DNA from: Botryllus schlosseri
Lineage: Eukaryota
Assembly: GCA_051294905.1 (NCBI GenBank)
Contig: CM119372.1
Coordinates: forward strand, 9,798,001-9,862,000
DNA: 64,000 nucleotides
Direction of reading: 5' to 3'
The notes below the pieces were generated by a model that was given only the letters and a program-made list of their open reading frames with translations, searched no databases and was not told where the DNA came from. This document shows, piece by piece, positions 38,496-52,200 of the stretch (position 1 is the stretch's first letter; each line of letters begins with the position of its first letter). Position numbers and translations under genes: made by a program.

Positions 38496-40571
38496 CTATA
38501 CTAAAAAAAGCATTACTGAGTTGACCGCCGACCTTACTTGGATAATGTCTGATCAAACATCGTATTGAGGTTAAGCACTGAGTACAAGGTTTCTTGAATA
38601 TGCGTCACAGATACTATTTACGTTTTTAAGAGGAAATGCTGATTCACGCTAAGTCTATACATGAATTATATTCATGAATAGGACTATAATGGCTATTATT
38701 GTATCTTGGATTGCGGCTATAGGCCCAATGTCCAGTGAGAAGTAGGGCTGTGATTGAAATGTAAATGCACATACGGAGGTTTAAAATAGCACTCTCGCTT
38801 AAAACCTGTTTTTGTAGCCATGGCCTCCTTATCGACGCAGTGGAATCAGAGAAGCTTATGTCCATTTTAAACACTTGGTAAAATCAAGTTTCAGTGAGAA
38901 TTTAATTTTCTTTTAGTCATATCGTGGTCATGGTTGTGTTGGCCACAATGTGACTGACATAAACACCGGCAAGATATGGCAGAAAGAAAGTCCTACAAAA
39001 ACGTGATTTTTCCATTGTCATAAGCTACTTAGATTCCACTTCGACTTTACATGGAAATTTACAATATTCGGCTCATTTGTATGCATGTGAGTGCTGGTGC
39101 ACGGCAGATAATGCTCGAAAGTTGTACTGTTCGAGAAATATTTTCACGTTATGAAATCACTAAGAGGCATCGATGCTGCACGGCAGACAGAGATGCGTCA
39201 GCAGCCATCGTATGAACCTCGCGCATTATCTTCATTGTTTATCTAGCGTCATGACTGGATTTGCAAAATCAAACATAATGTGTATATTACGCTGTTAATT
39301 CCATGGACTGGTGTAGCCTATAGAGAAGTTTCGATGGGCCCAATTATTCAATCTGACTGTAGTCGCATATGATTACCAACTGAATTTGTTAATGAAGAGA
39401 TGCGGTAGCATCAATACAGTGCTGTATATTTAACAAGCTTATCAAATGTCATAAATCTTCAATTTTAATATGATCATTGACGTCGCCAGGAGGATAATGA
39501 CTTATGTAAATAGACGGCGAGCCGAAACGTAAAATGTTGCACTTTTTGCCGTTCAATTTCGGCCTAGCCCCTACAAATGATGTATATGACTGAAAACCCA
39601 TCAGACGACATGGTGGTGATATATATTCTACATTCATGATTAGTAATCATTACTATTATTACAAAATGCCTTGTGGATTATGTTCATGCTTGTCACCATT
39701 GTTGACCTTTTGCACCGCCGGCACAGAAATTAGGTTAATTACTGTGAAAGAGGGTCGTGACGTATACGACAAAATTTAGTGAACAAGATACATTGACATA
39801 TGACTAGCAGTAGAAGATGCAAGGGGCGTATTAAATTGAAAGACCGCATATACATGATCGATCCTACTATAGCTGTTCAGTGTTCATTGCATCGCATTGT
39901 GTCCTGTACATCGCACTGTACATTGTATGTATTGAGCCCGTGAAAATACTCATGTGGCTGGTTTATGGTTTTAACGACGGTTTGAGTACAGGTGGGGACT
40001 CTGGTTGCGTAATTACGTTCCGTGTCAGGAAAGCGGAAGTAAAAAATCGCCGTTTCAAATCATTGCCCCGACAGCATATGAAGGCTTATTTTCATTTTAT
40101 ACAATATATATGAATTGCCTTGCTCATGTATTGCATCATCGGCCACATCGAAATGGATACTAGGATTAGCAGGGAATTATCATTCAGTAATTTTGCAGTT
40201 TGATTCAGCATATAAACCATGGTAAAGGCAGCCATGCTGTGGTATACTATCTTTTCTTATGGTGTTGATTTCATGAACATTTTAGTAAGCTGATGATCAT
40301 GACATAATAAGGCAAATAATTTTTCGGTGCCATTGGTAATCTTCCTTTGTAATAGAATAATATGTACAATTACGCAAATTATAATGCACACGTTTACAGA
40401 TGTCACAAAGCGTAGTTCATATGGACGTATTAGAGGTAGACACTGCAGTACTTTCAAACAACTCCTTTTCTTCTTCTTATAGCCTACTTGAAGCTGACCT
40501 GAGTCTTTTAAAGCACTACCTTAGTATTATTGCGTACTTGAGTCAGGTTTTGCAGCACAACGGCCATGTCT

Positions 40572-40662
40572 ACCTTAAACCTAACCCTAACTCTAATCCT
40601 AACCTTACCCCTAACTCTAATCCTAACTCCTACTCTACTCCTCACCGTAACCCTAACCCTAT
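40572..40662. repeat. Degenerate telomere-like (TAACCC)n tract
   Basis: CCTTAAACCTAACCCTAACTCTAATCCTAACC...TAACCCTAACCCTA. Confidence 0.75.
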
Positions 40663-41684
40663 TGATCAGCTTACCACATCTGCGACGCGTAACTTTCACA
40701 ACGCCTCGGAGCTGAATACAGTGCCGCCAATAAAATTCGCACGAATCTGCTCAACATCTGCGTGCAATGCTTCTAGAAGCATCACGCGTATACCAAATAT
40801 ACAATTTATTCATATCTTGTGAGGAGCAGTACGACTTATTAATCATGCCAAACTAAAATTGAGAAAGTACACGTTGCTACGGAAATCGTGCTTCACAGTG
40901 TCAATTGACGAGTTAAGGTTTTGACCGGTCAACCGTTGAGTTCCATATTGCAATACCGACAGGCACCGCCGTAATGTGAAACTATTGAAACTAACGATCA
41001 TTCAGAATGCATAATCTTCGCCCACTTTTTCTAGTAACGAGCCAGCAGCCAGTTCTGCGTATATTGTTTATAACGTGCCGGAAACTCCAAACGTGTATAG
41101 CATCACACAGACTTTAAGATACCCGTGTCATTATAGACCGTGCATTCGATATTAGTTATGTAATGCGATACACTGCATAGTTGCAATCGGTCGCAATACT
41201 TACAAATAGCGGTTCACAGTTTCTGGGATTCAAGATGAACGATAGGTAGGTTCCGACCAGTTGATTAGCTGTACGTTTCCGACGATGTGATGGGAATACT
41301 TTTCTCCAGTAACAAACAAACCTAATTTGCTCATTTGAAGTCAACGATCAACTAATGCCTCATCGAGCTTATGCTCACGAAATTCTGATAAAACAGGCTT
41401 CCCCTTGATAGACATACACATGACCGATCTCCGTTGGTATATGCGGTTTAAATACAATCAAATACATCACTGGCATTGGTTGGTAGCCTGCGATATCTAT
41501 ATGCGTTGCAAAATAATTGTGAACTGTATCCCTGATATCTACATTTAACAAATACCCTCTACGGAACGAATCTGTCATAATAGGCCATACAACCAATACC
41601 ATCGGCAATAAAATATGAATAACATAACCTGTCAACCACCGGCATGTGTAATAACAGGCTTATGAGACATGCTATTAATATATA

Positions 41685-42646
41685 GGGGAGATGTGGTACT
41701 GATGGATCACTGGGACCGAAAATACTTTGTAAATTCTCTATGATAATTTCATATTTACACTCCGTGGACTTGTCTACAAGTGCATGATGGCAAAATCTTT
41801 CCTCACATACAAAAAAAAACGACGCGCGAGAGCTATGGGGTCTCTCACAAATGGTTTTTGTTTTGGGGGGTGTAAACTAAATTTAGATCGACATATAAAT
41901 TTTTCTTTGTAACCTTCAATACGAACAAACCAGCGATCATTTTTATTGTGAAGTGTAGGGCTTGTATCAGGCTATATAATGGCACCTGTTATATTTTTCG
42001 GTACCTTCGTTGAGTGGATTTTCTTTCGATTCATGTATAAAATTCGTAGAGTGGGGACCGATGATACAGTAGATGAATCAAGCAAAATAATCAAGCATAC
42101 TAATCATGAAACAAATGAAACATGCCTACGTACAGAAAATCTTTATGTATTAATTGCACATGATGTTTTATCGCTATAACGAGGTATTTGGAAGTCACAC
42201 TGTCGATTTTCGGGCAAAATGTATGTACCCTCAAATTTATAAGTTCGTGCCTGAATCGAAACGTGATTTTATGACAACATTTGAGTTAATATTTATTCTA
42301 TTTTTTGACGGTTGCGACCAAACATTCTTCTTTTGCTTGCTGTAGCATAGATTTTAATACTGAGCAAGAAAAGTTGTCACGTCTGAGTTTTTTAGAGTAT
42401 ATGTCTCATAGGTCCCCGGGTCGTGTGCCATTGGACCCACCGGGTGGGGACCGATGATACGTTCGAGCAACAAATTTTGAGCGTCCATAAATATTTTTTG
42501 AAAAGACGGATATTCATGTATATGTGCGCGATAGGCAGAGCTTGTAACAAAGTGCTGAGCCAGCAAAAGATCTGCTGTTTTCGGCTGAATATTTTGGGGC
42601 CAGCGATCATTTTCCAATTTTTGATCCATCGGTACCACATCTCCCC
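41685..42646. mobile_element. TA-flanked MITE (Tc1/mariner/pogo-like)
   Basis: 25-bp TIR GGGGAGATGTGGTACTGATGGATCA (1 mismatch); TA on both sides; internal GTGGGGACCGATGATAC repeats. Confidence 0.85.
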
Positions 42647-42765
42647 TAGTACTTTTGCAGCAGCGGTGTGTGTCGCACGAAAATAGTAACATGCGAACTA
42701 TAAACGACGGACAAAAATATGATTGTTGAAAATATTAAACGGTATCAACCACACACACGCACACA

Positions 42766-44285
42766 CAGGGCCGTAACTGCCGCACCCCAAACCCCCCAAT
42801 TGGGGGGGGGTTGAGCTCGAAGGGGGCCCAAAATTATTTCGTGAATTAGCATAGATTATAGAGTATTTTTTGACAATTTATGCACCTTTTTGAAAATTTT
42901 TCGCGCTATGCGCGATTTCAAGATGCCAACTATCTGGATTATTAGGTACTCTTCCCCCTAGAAAAAATAGGCAAGATTTATAGAAATAGGCATATCGGCG
43001 TTGGTCATTACCGCGCCACGTCGCACCGAGACATATAATGATTTAGGCCATGTAACATGCGACTCCAAGAACTGTGTCAGAACGATCGACAGCGACAAAC
43101 CTTGGCCGTAAAGGACTGCCCTACCCTTATGATGACCGAAAACTTCGTTATATATACAGAATACATATAGGTTCCTGTCTTGGCAATCTGAACCTCACAA
43201 GACAAATACCATCCCGCAGGAAAAATTATATACCAGCCAATAAATACCAATCCGAAATCGTGTGATTTTTCATTTTAGTACGTTTGCGCGATTCTGTATT
43301 TTTTGATATAGCAGACAGGAGGTCACGAAATAAAATCATGTAACGAAGTCATATCAACGGGTCCGCCCGCCCGAAGATGTTCATTAATTATTTACGGGCT
43401 CTACAGTTTCAAAGACACCTCACTCAGCTCTACCGGTAAATCTGATTACGTGAGCAGAGAGGACAAGAAATTGATAGCAATATATATGCAATTACCGATC
43501 TTATTTGACCGATTTTATCATGAATTGTCGAAAATTTTCGCGCTTCGCCCTGACTCACTAAACAGTACATCTATAAATTCGTGGCAAAAGCGAACAACGT
43601 GATGGGGGGGGGCAATTTATAACCCTATGGGAGCCTAAGACTTAAGTTTTTTGGGGGAGGGGCCTGACGAAGTGCTGTTTCGTTCCTACGCTATACGCTC
43701 GGAGATGTTTAATTATTATTATTGAGGAGTCCTAACTTTTCAAACACACCTCACTCATCTCTACCGATAAATCAGATTACGTGAGCAGAGAGAGGATAAA
43801 AATTGATAGCAATATATACGCAATTCCCGATCATATTGACCGATTCAGTCATGAATTATAAAAATTTCTCGCGCTGGGCGCGCACAGCCAAGAAAATCCG
43901 ACCCACCAAACAGACACCCAATGTATAAGATAAGCAGCGGTAAACGCACCTCATTTTATCGCTTGCGTCTTATATTCTCTGCATTACTTTTCATTCAGTG
44001 TGCATGCCTCTTATTTACTTTGCCTGGGCTAAGGTAGGTGTCTGATGTTAATGGCTACTCCAAGTTGTTTCGACACCTTCCTATCTTTTCATGGTATCGC
44101 AGTCTTGTGATATTTTGAAACGATGAAAATATTAATAAACGTGATTAATTGATTGAACAGCGTACAGGCTGAGGAGGGTATGGGGGGCGAAGCCCCCCAG
44201 AAGTTGTATTTGTCACCATATGGGGGGCCCAAGACCGACGTTTTTTTGGGGGGGGGGGGGCTGACGAAGTGCTGTTACGGCCCTG
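42766..44285. mobile_element. hAT-like element with CAGGGCCGTAAC termini and an internal direct duplication
   Basis: CAGGGCCGTAAC...GTTACGGCCCTG; ~43410-43680 duplicated at ~43740-43880 and ~44235-44280; no TSD recognised. Confidence 0.7.
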
Positions 44286-45007
44286 CACGTATCAGATCTA
44301 TAGCCGCGATATAATTACCGGTATCTTTTATTTTCGTCTACCACCAGTTGGGTTTGAAGGCACACTGTTTTTGCGAAGAGTGTAGTGTGAATCCACGGCA
44401 ACGCAATCGGCTGGCATATGAACATACTCGACATTTGCTATCTTGAGCGAATATTTAATGGAAATTTCTCCTTCAAAACTTCTCAACATTAAGCATTTTT
44501 CCATCTTCTCAGAATTGATTCGCGGGCCGGATGTTTGACACCCCTGATGTAACGGTTTCTGATTGTCGTTTCTTGCCTCTGTGAATAACTATTATTTGGT
44601 CGAATTTCCCAGAAAACTCTGAACAGAATGTGCTATTTTTTTCCTTCCCATAATGTAGTGTCAATGTCACCACCTTGTTCCTGATGGCTACTTGAGTGAA
44701 AACTCAACACTGTCGACAGATGGTTAAAATGTGGCCGATGGACATGCTCGACATTCACTACTATCAGGAATGTACTGTATGTATAATACAATAGTTTTTC
44801 AATTTACTCAGAATGACCTCGCGGGCCGGATGAAATGGTCGGGCGGGTCGTATGTTCGACACCCCTGGTGTACACTGTACTTATATAAGGGATATATGGC
44901 AATGTCCATTAAAACGTAGAATTTACTACAGATACAACTGATAGCTTTATCGAAAACTTCCCAATTAGAGTGCCGATAGAATAGTATATGTCAAATTGCC
45001 TAATATT

Positions 45008-45870
45008 TAGGGCGATTTTTTTACCTAAATATGGAAGATTCTGACCTAAAACATCGAAATTTTGACATTTTATGACATTAAAATCTTAATTTTGACCAAA
45101 TTTGACATAATGTATGCAAATTAAGTGTTTTCCGACATAATGTTAGAATTGTACTACTTATCTTCATTTCTGGTTGGAGCTGTCTGTCCTTACGAAGTAG
45201 TTTGGCATGCAAAAAACTTTTATCCCTCGCAAACGGACAAATTGTTACATGGAAAAACTTTATTTTAACGAAATCCGGCCCTACGAAAAATTCCATTAGT
45301 TATCCTACATTGCGCATTATGGTAGAAATTTTTGAAATTCTTTGTATTACAACGAATGATATTTTCCCACATTCTCGGGTAGAAAGTGTCTGTCCTTACT
45401 AAGTATACCTTGCCAAGAATGGAGAAAGACCGTTCAAAAGCAGCAGTTGTTGGCTGACAACACTGAAGTTGTGCGTACACTGCTGGTGACAAACCGTGTT
45501 GCTTCATTCTGGCAATGGTGTCTACATCACAATTTTTCATCGTGCGCCTCTTGATCTTAAGAACTATGAAATGCCCACGCAGTCTTGCTTCAGTTGGGAT
45601 ATTGCGGTACGTTGAGCATAACACCATGTAAACCTATTTGTTTTATTTGAATGTTTATGATTCTCAATGAGCAGACAATGGGCCCTCTACAACGGTAGGC
45701 CTATAAAGTATAGGCGACAAGCTGTAAAATGTCAAATGATAAGTTCACCGACAGTGCAAAATCTACGATATAAACGAAATGCAGGTTGCAAAAAAGTTTT
45801 AACTTAGTAAACAATTTTGACATTTTTTGACCTAACGCTACAATTTGGACCTAATTTGGACTTATATAAA
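45008..45870 (-). mobile_element. hAT-derived element with frameshifted transposase C-terminal relic (copy 2)
   Basis: YAQLQCCQPTTAAFERSFSILGK followed by a frameshift; collinear with ~23811-24560; the same end fragment occurs at ~30129. Confidence 0.7.
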
Positions 45871-46205
45871 GGCGGGCGGATGAAAGTACGAAAGAAAAGT
45901 TTCAGAAGTATAGTTGGACAGGCGAAAAGATCAACATCGAACATTGTTACAACGGGCTGAGGTCGTTCTTGATCGTTTCAACAACGAACATATCTTTTAT
46001 TTATATCGCAGTGTGTCTTGTATACGATTATTAATCGTACAGAAATATGGTGCAAATAACTACAGGACGAGTTACATAGAAGCTTATCGGGATGCTGCTG
46101 AATTCGGTTGATTCCCGAATCCCCGCTTTTTCTGCTACCGTGTTGGTATTGAAGTAATTTCACTCAAGATGCATCTATACTATTGTCATCCCGTCGAAAA
46201 ACTCT

Positions 46206-49200
46206 TCAAACACCCAAATTCGTAGCGCCGACTTCAAAGCTCGAGGTTTCCGACGCTGCACGACTCCCGGATTTATCAGCGCAGCCGCAGAACTTGCACA
46301 TGTTGTTGAGATACCTCTTCGTGTTCCTACGCATTTTCGAGGAGCTGATGTTGTAAAACACCGGGTTCATGCACTCCGAGAACCTCAAGCAGAAATACTG
46401 ACCAAGGCCAAACCAATAGTCGACCACAACGTGAGCGCTGCCGAAAGCAGACCAGATCTCATACGCTGAGAAAAGAGAGATAAACGGTCATTGTCGGGTG
46501 AACCTAGTTAGATTCATTTGAGTACTTACTGACGAAGGGAAGATATCCGAATATGAAGGACACCACGATGAGCACTAACTGCAGCACGGCCTGTCTTTCT
46601 TTTCGGAGGCGCTTTTTCGTCGCTTTGTCGTCGTTCACCAATGACGATTTCGCGTGGTAATGGACAGACCGGCAGATCAACACAGACACTATTGCGACCA
46701 CTATCATCGGTAGCAGGATTAGGACGATGTAGCTCGACATTGAGTATTTCATATAGTCGTCAAGTCTAAAATATACGAAGTTTGTTCGTAACAATAATGA
46801 TGACGAGTTGGTTCTGCACTCAGCAGTGATCAGACATACGTTTCTAACAGCAGGGTGCACGCGGGCCATTTTTCATTCTTTTCACCGCTGTTGCGATCTC
46901 TTTGTTCTCCAGGCACGGCCCCGGTAAAGATCCACAGCGGCACGAATCCGCACAGAAAAGCGATTACCCATGTTAGGAAGATCCAAAGCTGTGAGATTCA
47001 GAATAATGCACCATATTAACAATCACTGAGGAACTGTATTTTTGGTTCGTCATAGGTGGGATAACAGACTATATTGTGTGTTGCCTTTGTTAGAAAATGA
47101 GTCGACGAGCTTCACTGCAATACTTTTTGAGAAGGGTTGGAACATTTCAACTAATATTATATTTGGCGTTGATGGGCGTTTTTATGACTTCTCACATTCA
47201 GATAAAATGCATTAATTCGTGCGTCGCCAGCTGCCGAGATAACACTACGTAAATGACGAGTCGAATGATACAATACTAGAGTTACCATACGTCCGAGGAC
47301 GCCTGAATGTCCTCCATTTTGGCAATTCGTCTTCATTTACAGCTTTTACAACTAGGCGAATGGACGGGGTCAACTGAAAATAGGCTTAAATGACGGACGT
47401 TCGAGCGGGTCATTCGGGTGTCGAATCATTGTGATGGCTTTTTTTTAGTCAACACCACAGAAATATCGTAAAAACTGGGTAATGCGGGAATCGAGTGAAA
47501 GTGGTGACCATTTTTTAGTCAATACAACAAGCTTTTCAGTAAATATTTCAAAATCAGCTGATTTCAATTTCGGTAAACTAGCTTTTAGTATTTTTTTAAA
47601 AGTGCCCTGGTTTCTGGATTCCAAAATATGATAACGCTATGCAATACGCATGATTTTACCGGCTGATACTGAATCATTATGTATATCTGGACAATGGGCC
47701 ACTGTATGCAACATAATAGCATGGCATCCCGAAACATTTATAGCATGGCCTTAGAGCACAATAGCAACAACCTATCACGTTGCGTGGCCTGCCATAGTTT
47801 ACATATAAAATCGAATTTTGAAGCTAAAGTTGCGCATTGTGTATACTGTATATACTGGCCGGAAGATGATAGCATCCATCAGGCGTAAAGTTAATAGAAG
47901 AGAACTTCTGATTTGTGTCAAGTCGATACAGATAGGCCTGCATAAATGCGAATCATATACATAATCTATTAATGTAGGAACTGAAAGATATAGTATTTAC
48001 GCATAGCTCTACCTTCGCTCGTCTTTCCGAGATCCGCTGGAAGGTACTGGGATGTTGTATCGACAGATATCGCAGAATGGCAAAGTCTAGAATATGCATG
48101 GAGGTGGAGAAGGTTGTCATGAGATCGACAGACCAGAAGAGCTGACATAAAAATAAAAATAAAAATACAAATACAGCGCAATGTTGTGAAGTGACCATGG
48201 AAAATAGATGTTTGATAAAACGCTATCAGTCTAAAAATATAGCCTGGCAGAGGAGGATTACATCAAAGAGTTATATAAACTTCTCGGGGTGTCAGAAGAA
48301 ATATATAATAAATGCCCATAAGCACAGAAGTTTGGATGTGCGGCACCCTTATTTTGGGGCTCAGCTGACACTACCACGCGAAGAGTAGAGTGACCATGGG
48401 ATACCGAATACAATTAAATCCATGTTTATCGGCGCTTAAAGATCAAATGCAAACGACCGTGAAACTCTGGTAAACACCTTGCATAACAGATTGACCTCCC
48501 TAATGTGGGCTAATCAGAGACTAAATCACGGGTCGCCATCACGCAGCCCGCAAGGTCATATTTTGTGGCCTGCGAACTAATTTGAGATTTCGGAAGAACG
48601 CAAACTTAAGTATTTAGAAATGCTGAAATTTAGATCAGTTTCAAAGTGTTGTTGCTTCAATATAAGCTATTCGCCTTTGCCAAACATCGTTATTCCTCAC
48701 TAGTTGAAACGGCTTCGGCGATAGCAACAGCATATAGGGAGAATCAGCTGATATGAATGGACAATGGGCGCCTTGAGGTTCAATGGCTCAGACACTGCCA
48801 AGACCAAGACGCCTTCGGTCTTCTTACATTATCAAGCTTTAGAACAGGGGTCTCAAACATGCGGCCCGCGACGGCATTTTGGATTTTCAAGTATTCGACA
48901 ATATATTCAACTGCCACATATTTTTTTAGATTTGAGAAGTTAAAGTTTATCTAAAACTTCTCCAAATACCTGAAGTCGCATTAAACTTCACCATCACATC
49001 ACTTTCAAAAGCTGTCATACGGTGGAAGATCATCTATTATGTCACATTTCTAGTTGATGATGATAAAACATGACCCGTTGATGATTCGTGACTGAAAATT
49101 GTGATTTGGACTTGGGCGCAACCCGTTCGTAGAATTACTCGAATTCGGACGTAGGTGTTAAAATCGAGTTGAGTTGGGTCAAACGTTACAATCAGAGAAG

Positions 49201-52200
49201 GACTCGTGACTCGGCGCCTTGATCTGGTTCGACCACGGACGCAACAAACTATCAAACTGTCACGGGGAATAGTAATATAATCAATAAGTCGCAACTTCCA
49301 TTGCGTAACGTATATAGCTATTTAATCATGTCAGTATGGAAATCATTGCCAATCTGTTGCTCCCATGATGTATAGTTAGTCACATCCTGGGTGATCATTG
49401 GTCTCTTTACTCGTGGTATTATTGCCGGATCCGAAAAATTAGTGGTACGCTCCATAGCTGTAACATCAATGGATTCTTCGACGATTGGACATTTCTATTC
49501 CAGGGGTTCTTAACCAGGGGTACGAATCACCACATCACGGGGTACGAGATGCATTGTGAAATCAAGCCTACATGCGATCTAGAGCCAAAAACTATTTTGC
49601 AAACCCCCAAAAAAGTGGAATATTTTATGGGCTCATTTATTAAACTTTAAAAAATTCTTCGCTCTACGCGCGAGTTTATGTGAATAGACTTTTTTGTATT
49701 AATATAGGTACCGTCAGGAATTGTGTTGAGAATGGACAGGTGTATACGAGAAATCTTATTGAAAGCACAAGGGCTACGATCGCTAAAAAGGTTAAGTAAC
49801 ACCGCTATTACTATATGACACAATATTTATTATATTTAAGTTGTTATTGATCTGTTCCAATCGTAGGCAAAGCTAACGCTGATTTAATTTGACTTCGGCA
49901 ATGACATGAACGATAGCCTACTTATGTCTACACCAGAAACCCGGATTAGGCTACACTGCCTAAATGCTATGATATCAGATCAATCTTGGGTGCATTCTAA
50001 AATATTCTACCTCTAATTGTGGCACGTCAAATTTCCGCAAGCTGCAGCATTATAACGCGGCAGCTTTTGCGATGTCATGATGTATTTTTCCTCTCGCATG
50101 GTGCATATAAATCATTATTTTGACAAATTATGTGCAGCGTGTCAACCGTGAAAAGTACAATAGTGAATTACATTTCCACGATATTTGTGGCATGACAATC
50201 TGCAAGGATCCGTTAAATAAGGCCTATTCTTAGGAATTATACATTGAAACCCCTATTATTGATGCTGCGGCCCGCGGCGTCATCAAAACTAGGAAATTGG
50301 CCCGCCAGCACTGATGAGTTTGGGACCCATGGAGATAGTCCGCGTGTCTCGCCAGCCCTAATATCGATTCCTTAGTCGCTGAAAAACGTTGTCATGTATG
50401 GTGCGCAGCTCATAGTTCTAAATATAATGAAAATGACGATCATGATCTTTCTGGATGTATTTGCACTACTTTAATAAACTATTACTTCTTTCGTGGTGAC
50501 CTATATGACACGTCAGTCGCCCATGTTTGAGAGCGCAGCGTTGTGCTGACGTACAAAGTTTTAAAAACGTGATTTCTAAACTGTGTGGCATATTTTGTCT
50601 CGATAGTGCATTCTTGCGGCCCGCGACCTCAACGAAATTTGAAAAGATGCCCGCGACCAGTTTTGCGTTAGCGGCACTGGACTAAATGAACGTATTCCAT
50701 AGGGCAGTGGTTCTCAACGGGGGGTCCGCGAATCAATTTCAGGGGGTCCGCGCAACCTCCAAATTTGCAAAATATGTGATAACATGTCGAAGCAGTTTCG
50801 CTTCATAACTGCTAAAACTGAAGGACTCAGGAAAACTGCATGGCCGTCTGAGATGAAATATTATAGTGTGCAAATTCACTTTATTCGCCAATTGCCACTG
50901 ATACAAACATTTTGCTGTTTAGAGATGTTTTGTTAGGGCTTCGGAATAAATTCGCTTGCAAAACAAAATCTATTTTTTCCCTGTGATAACCGCTGTAGGG
51001 ATGGTGTGAACATCTGAAAGGTTCAGGTTCGTGTGATGTGAACGCGAACCTTTTTGAAAGGTTCTGTGTGAACGCGAACGTGAACCTCATATTGCAAATT
51101 TTAATGCTACATTTCAGTGAAGGGATATATTAATGTACATGTGACCTAGCGACCTAGCGACGACTCGGGCCACATTATGTCACAATGCTGAAATACATAT
51201 TGACGTTTTAAAGGTCGCCAAATGTATACACTGGGGCAATCAAGTGATATAATAATCCCATAAAATCAATATTTTCCGTGGCATTGCCAACAATTTCGAC
51301 GGGGACTTGCAAGGGAATATAAGCTCACGCCTTGGACTAGGCCAGACCGGACTATGTATTCGGCGTCTGAGTATTGCTACATTGATATTGAGCAGAGTGT
51401 AAAACGGGTTTCTATACTTGCTACCGATATCATCCCATTAACATGTTATACAGGAGCATCCAACACCCCAATCACACGGATTTGTTTTTATAATACAATA
51501 AACATATCAAATCAAGATGCCTGCTATGCCCGTATGCCAGCTAGATTTTTTACATTAGACAACGATCTATTCCGAATTTCATTTATTGGTTGAATAAGCA
51601 TCATTGGCAACCACCTACATGTATCGTATTTCCCTCTTGATGTTGCGTGATTCCTGGTCAAGCTCACACCAGAGAGTCGCTAATTATTCACATAGGGCTG
51701 GGCAAAATCGAGTACCTCAATGATTAGATTCTGAATCACGTAAAATGCTTCGAGTCGAGTCGAGTATTCGAGTATCATTCATTATGACGTCATAAAAGAA
51801 TGTAATATGTCAAAGTTTAAATATGTACCTTTTATGCCACAACAAAGAATATAATCCTTGTTATCCATCACATCAAAGATAGTTTGGTATTTTTTCGACC
51901 AGACGGGTTTCATTACACTTTGGCCAATCAAGGTTTCAAGGTTTCCACAGTGGAAAATTGTATCGAAACTAAGTCTCGTTGATAAATTAACTTGCAGTGG
52001 CGAGGAGCGTATATTTCAGTACTCGAAAAATCGACTTTTGCTACTCGACTCGAATCATTAAAATAATTACTCGATTCAGATTCGAGTTCTCGAATCATTG
52101 CGCGCAGCCCTATTTACAAACGGAGAGCTGGATATTTCGAGCAAAATTTTGTAACAAAGCAAGTAAAAATTTCGAGAATGGCAAGGTTTAGTGTTGACTT

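Noticed and set aside
40400..40822. 140-aa ORF, the longest in the track
   Set aside because: Its length is explained by the stop-poor TAACCC-type repeat; no recognisable domain.
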